This document shows, piece after piece, positions 63,901-64,000 of a stretch of DNA of 64,000 bases. The DNA comes from a virus (lineage: Duplodnaviria; Heunggongvirae; Uroviricota; Caudoviricetes), in the IMG/VR virus record IMGVR_UViG_3300021431_003088, one strand, 5' to 3'. The translations under genes and the position numbers were made by a program. Position 1 is the stretch's first letter; each line of letters opens with the position of its first letter. A model generated the notes under the pieces. That model did not search any database and was not told the DNA's origin. It saw only the letters and a list, made by a program, of their open reading frames with translations.

Positions 63901-64000
63901 TCCAAATGAGGTTAGTCTCTTTGTACTTATAGCCTTTTGCACCCATCCATTGTGGGCGAGTCTTGCATATCGGTCTCCACAGTATGCGATTTTATACGCT

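Overview
AT-rich 64 kb window with the architecture of a large virulent or 'huge' Firmicutes-type phage, or a phage-like element. Almost all genes lie on the minus strand in repeated promoter-gene(s)-terminator units. A conserved motif, plus strand CTTATTTATATAAGTTGAAAA (minus strand ...CAACTTATATAAATAAG, T4-late-like TATAAATA), recurs about 23 times, always upstream of minus-strand genes. A few plus-strand 'island' genes carry sigma70-like TGnTATAAT promoters. Main features: (1) a tnpB-only IS200/IS605-family element at 1009-2157 immediately next to a 22-gene tRNA array at 2381-4761 (all amino acids except Ala and Val, including a tRNA with anticodon TAT). (2) A second tRNA-Thr-like gene at 51249-51352 interrupted by a ~31-nt hairpin insert. 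(3) A tmRNA (ssrA-like) gene at 60237-60578 with tag ...ANDEKLALVA. (4) A DNA replication/recombination module: topoisomerase IA, RecD-like helicase, DnaG-like primase, YqaJ exonuclease, thermonuclease, 5'-nucleotidase. (5) Two beta-class DNA methyltransferases, a SAM-dependent methyltransferase, a PAPS-reductase-family PP-loop protein, and a sigma-70-family factor whose ~54-bp promoter/operator region (18-bp perfect palindrome) is duplicated at 42279-42334. There it drives a non-coding region of about 200 nt carrying direct repeats (ncRNA candidate). (6) An accessory island at about 40.0-44.1 kb holds a small-ORF+GNAT pair (toxin-antitoxin-like), a Panacea-domain (SocA/PanA-like) two-gene module, zinc-ribbon proteins and an XRE-family HTH regulator. 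(7) An SPFH/band-7 protein, a VWA+metallopeptidase-like protein, an AAA_5 ATPase, an isochorismatase-like and a PRTase-like protein. (8) An IS110-family transposase at the right edge. Most small ORFs have no recognisable function. All calls were made by eye from the sequence and the ORF track; no database searches were possible.
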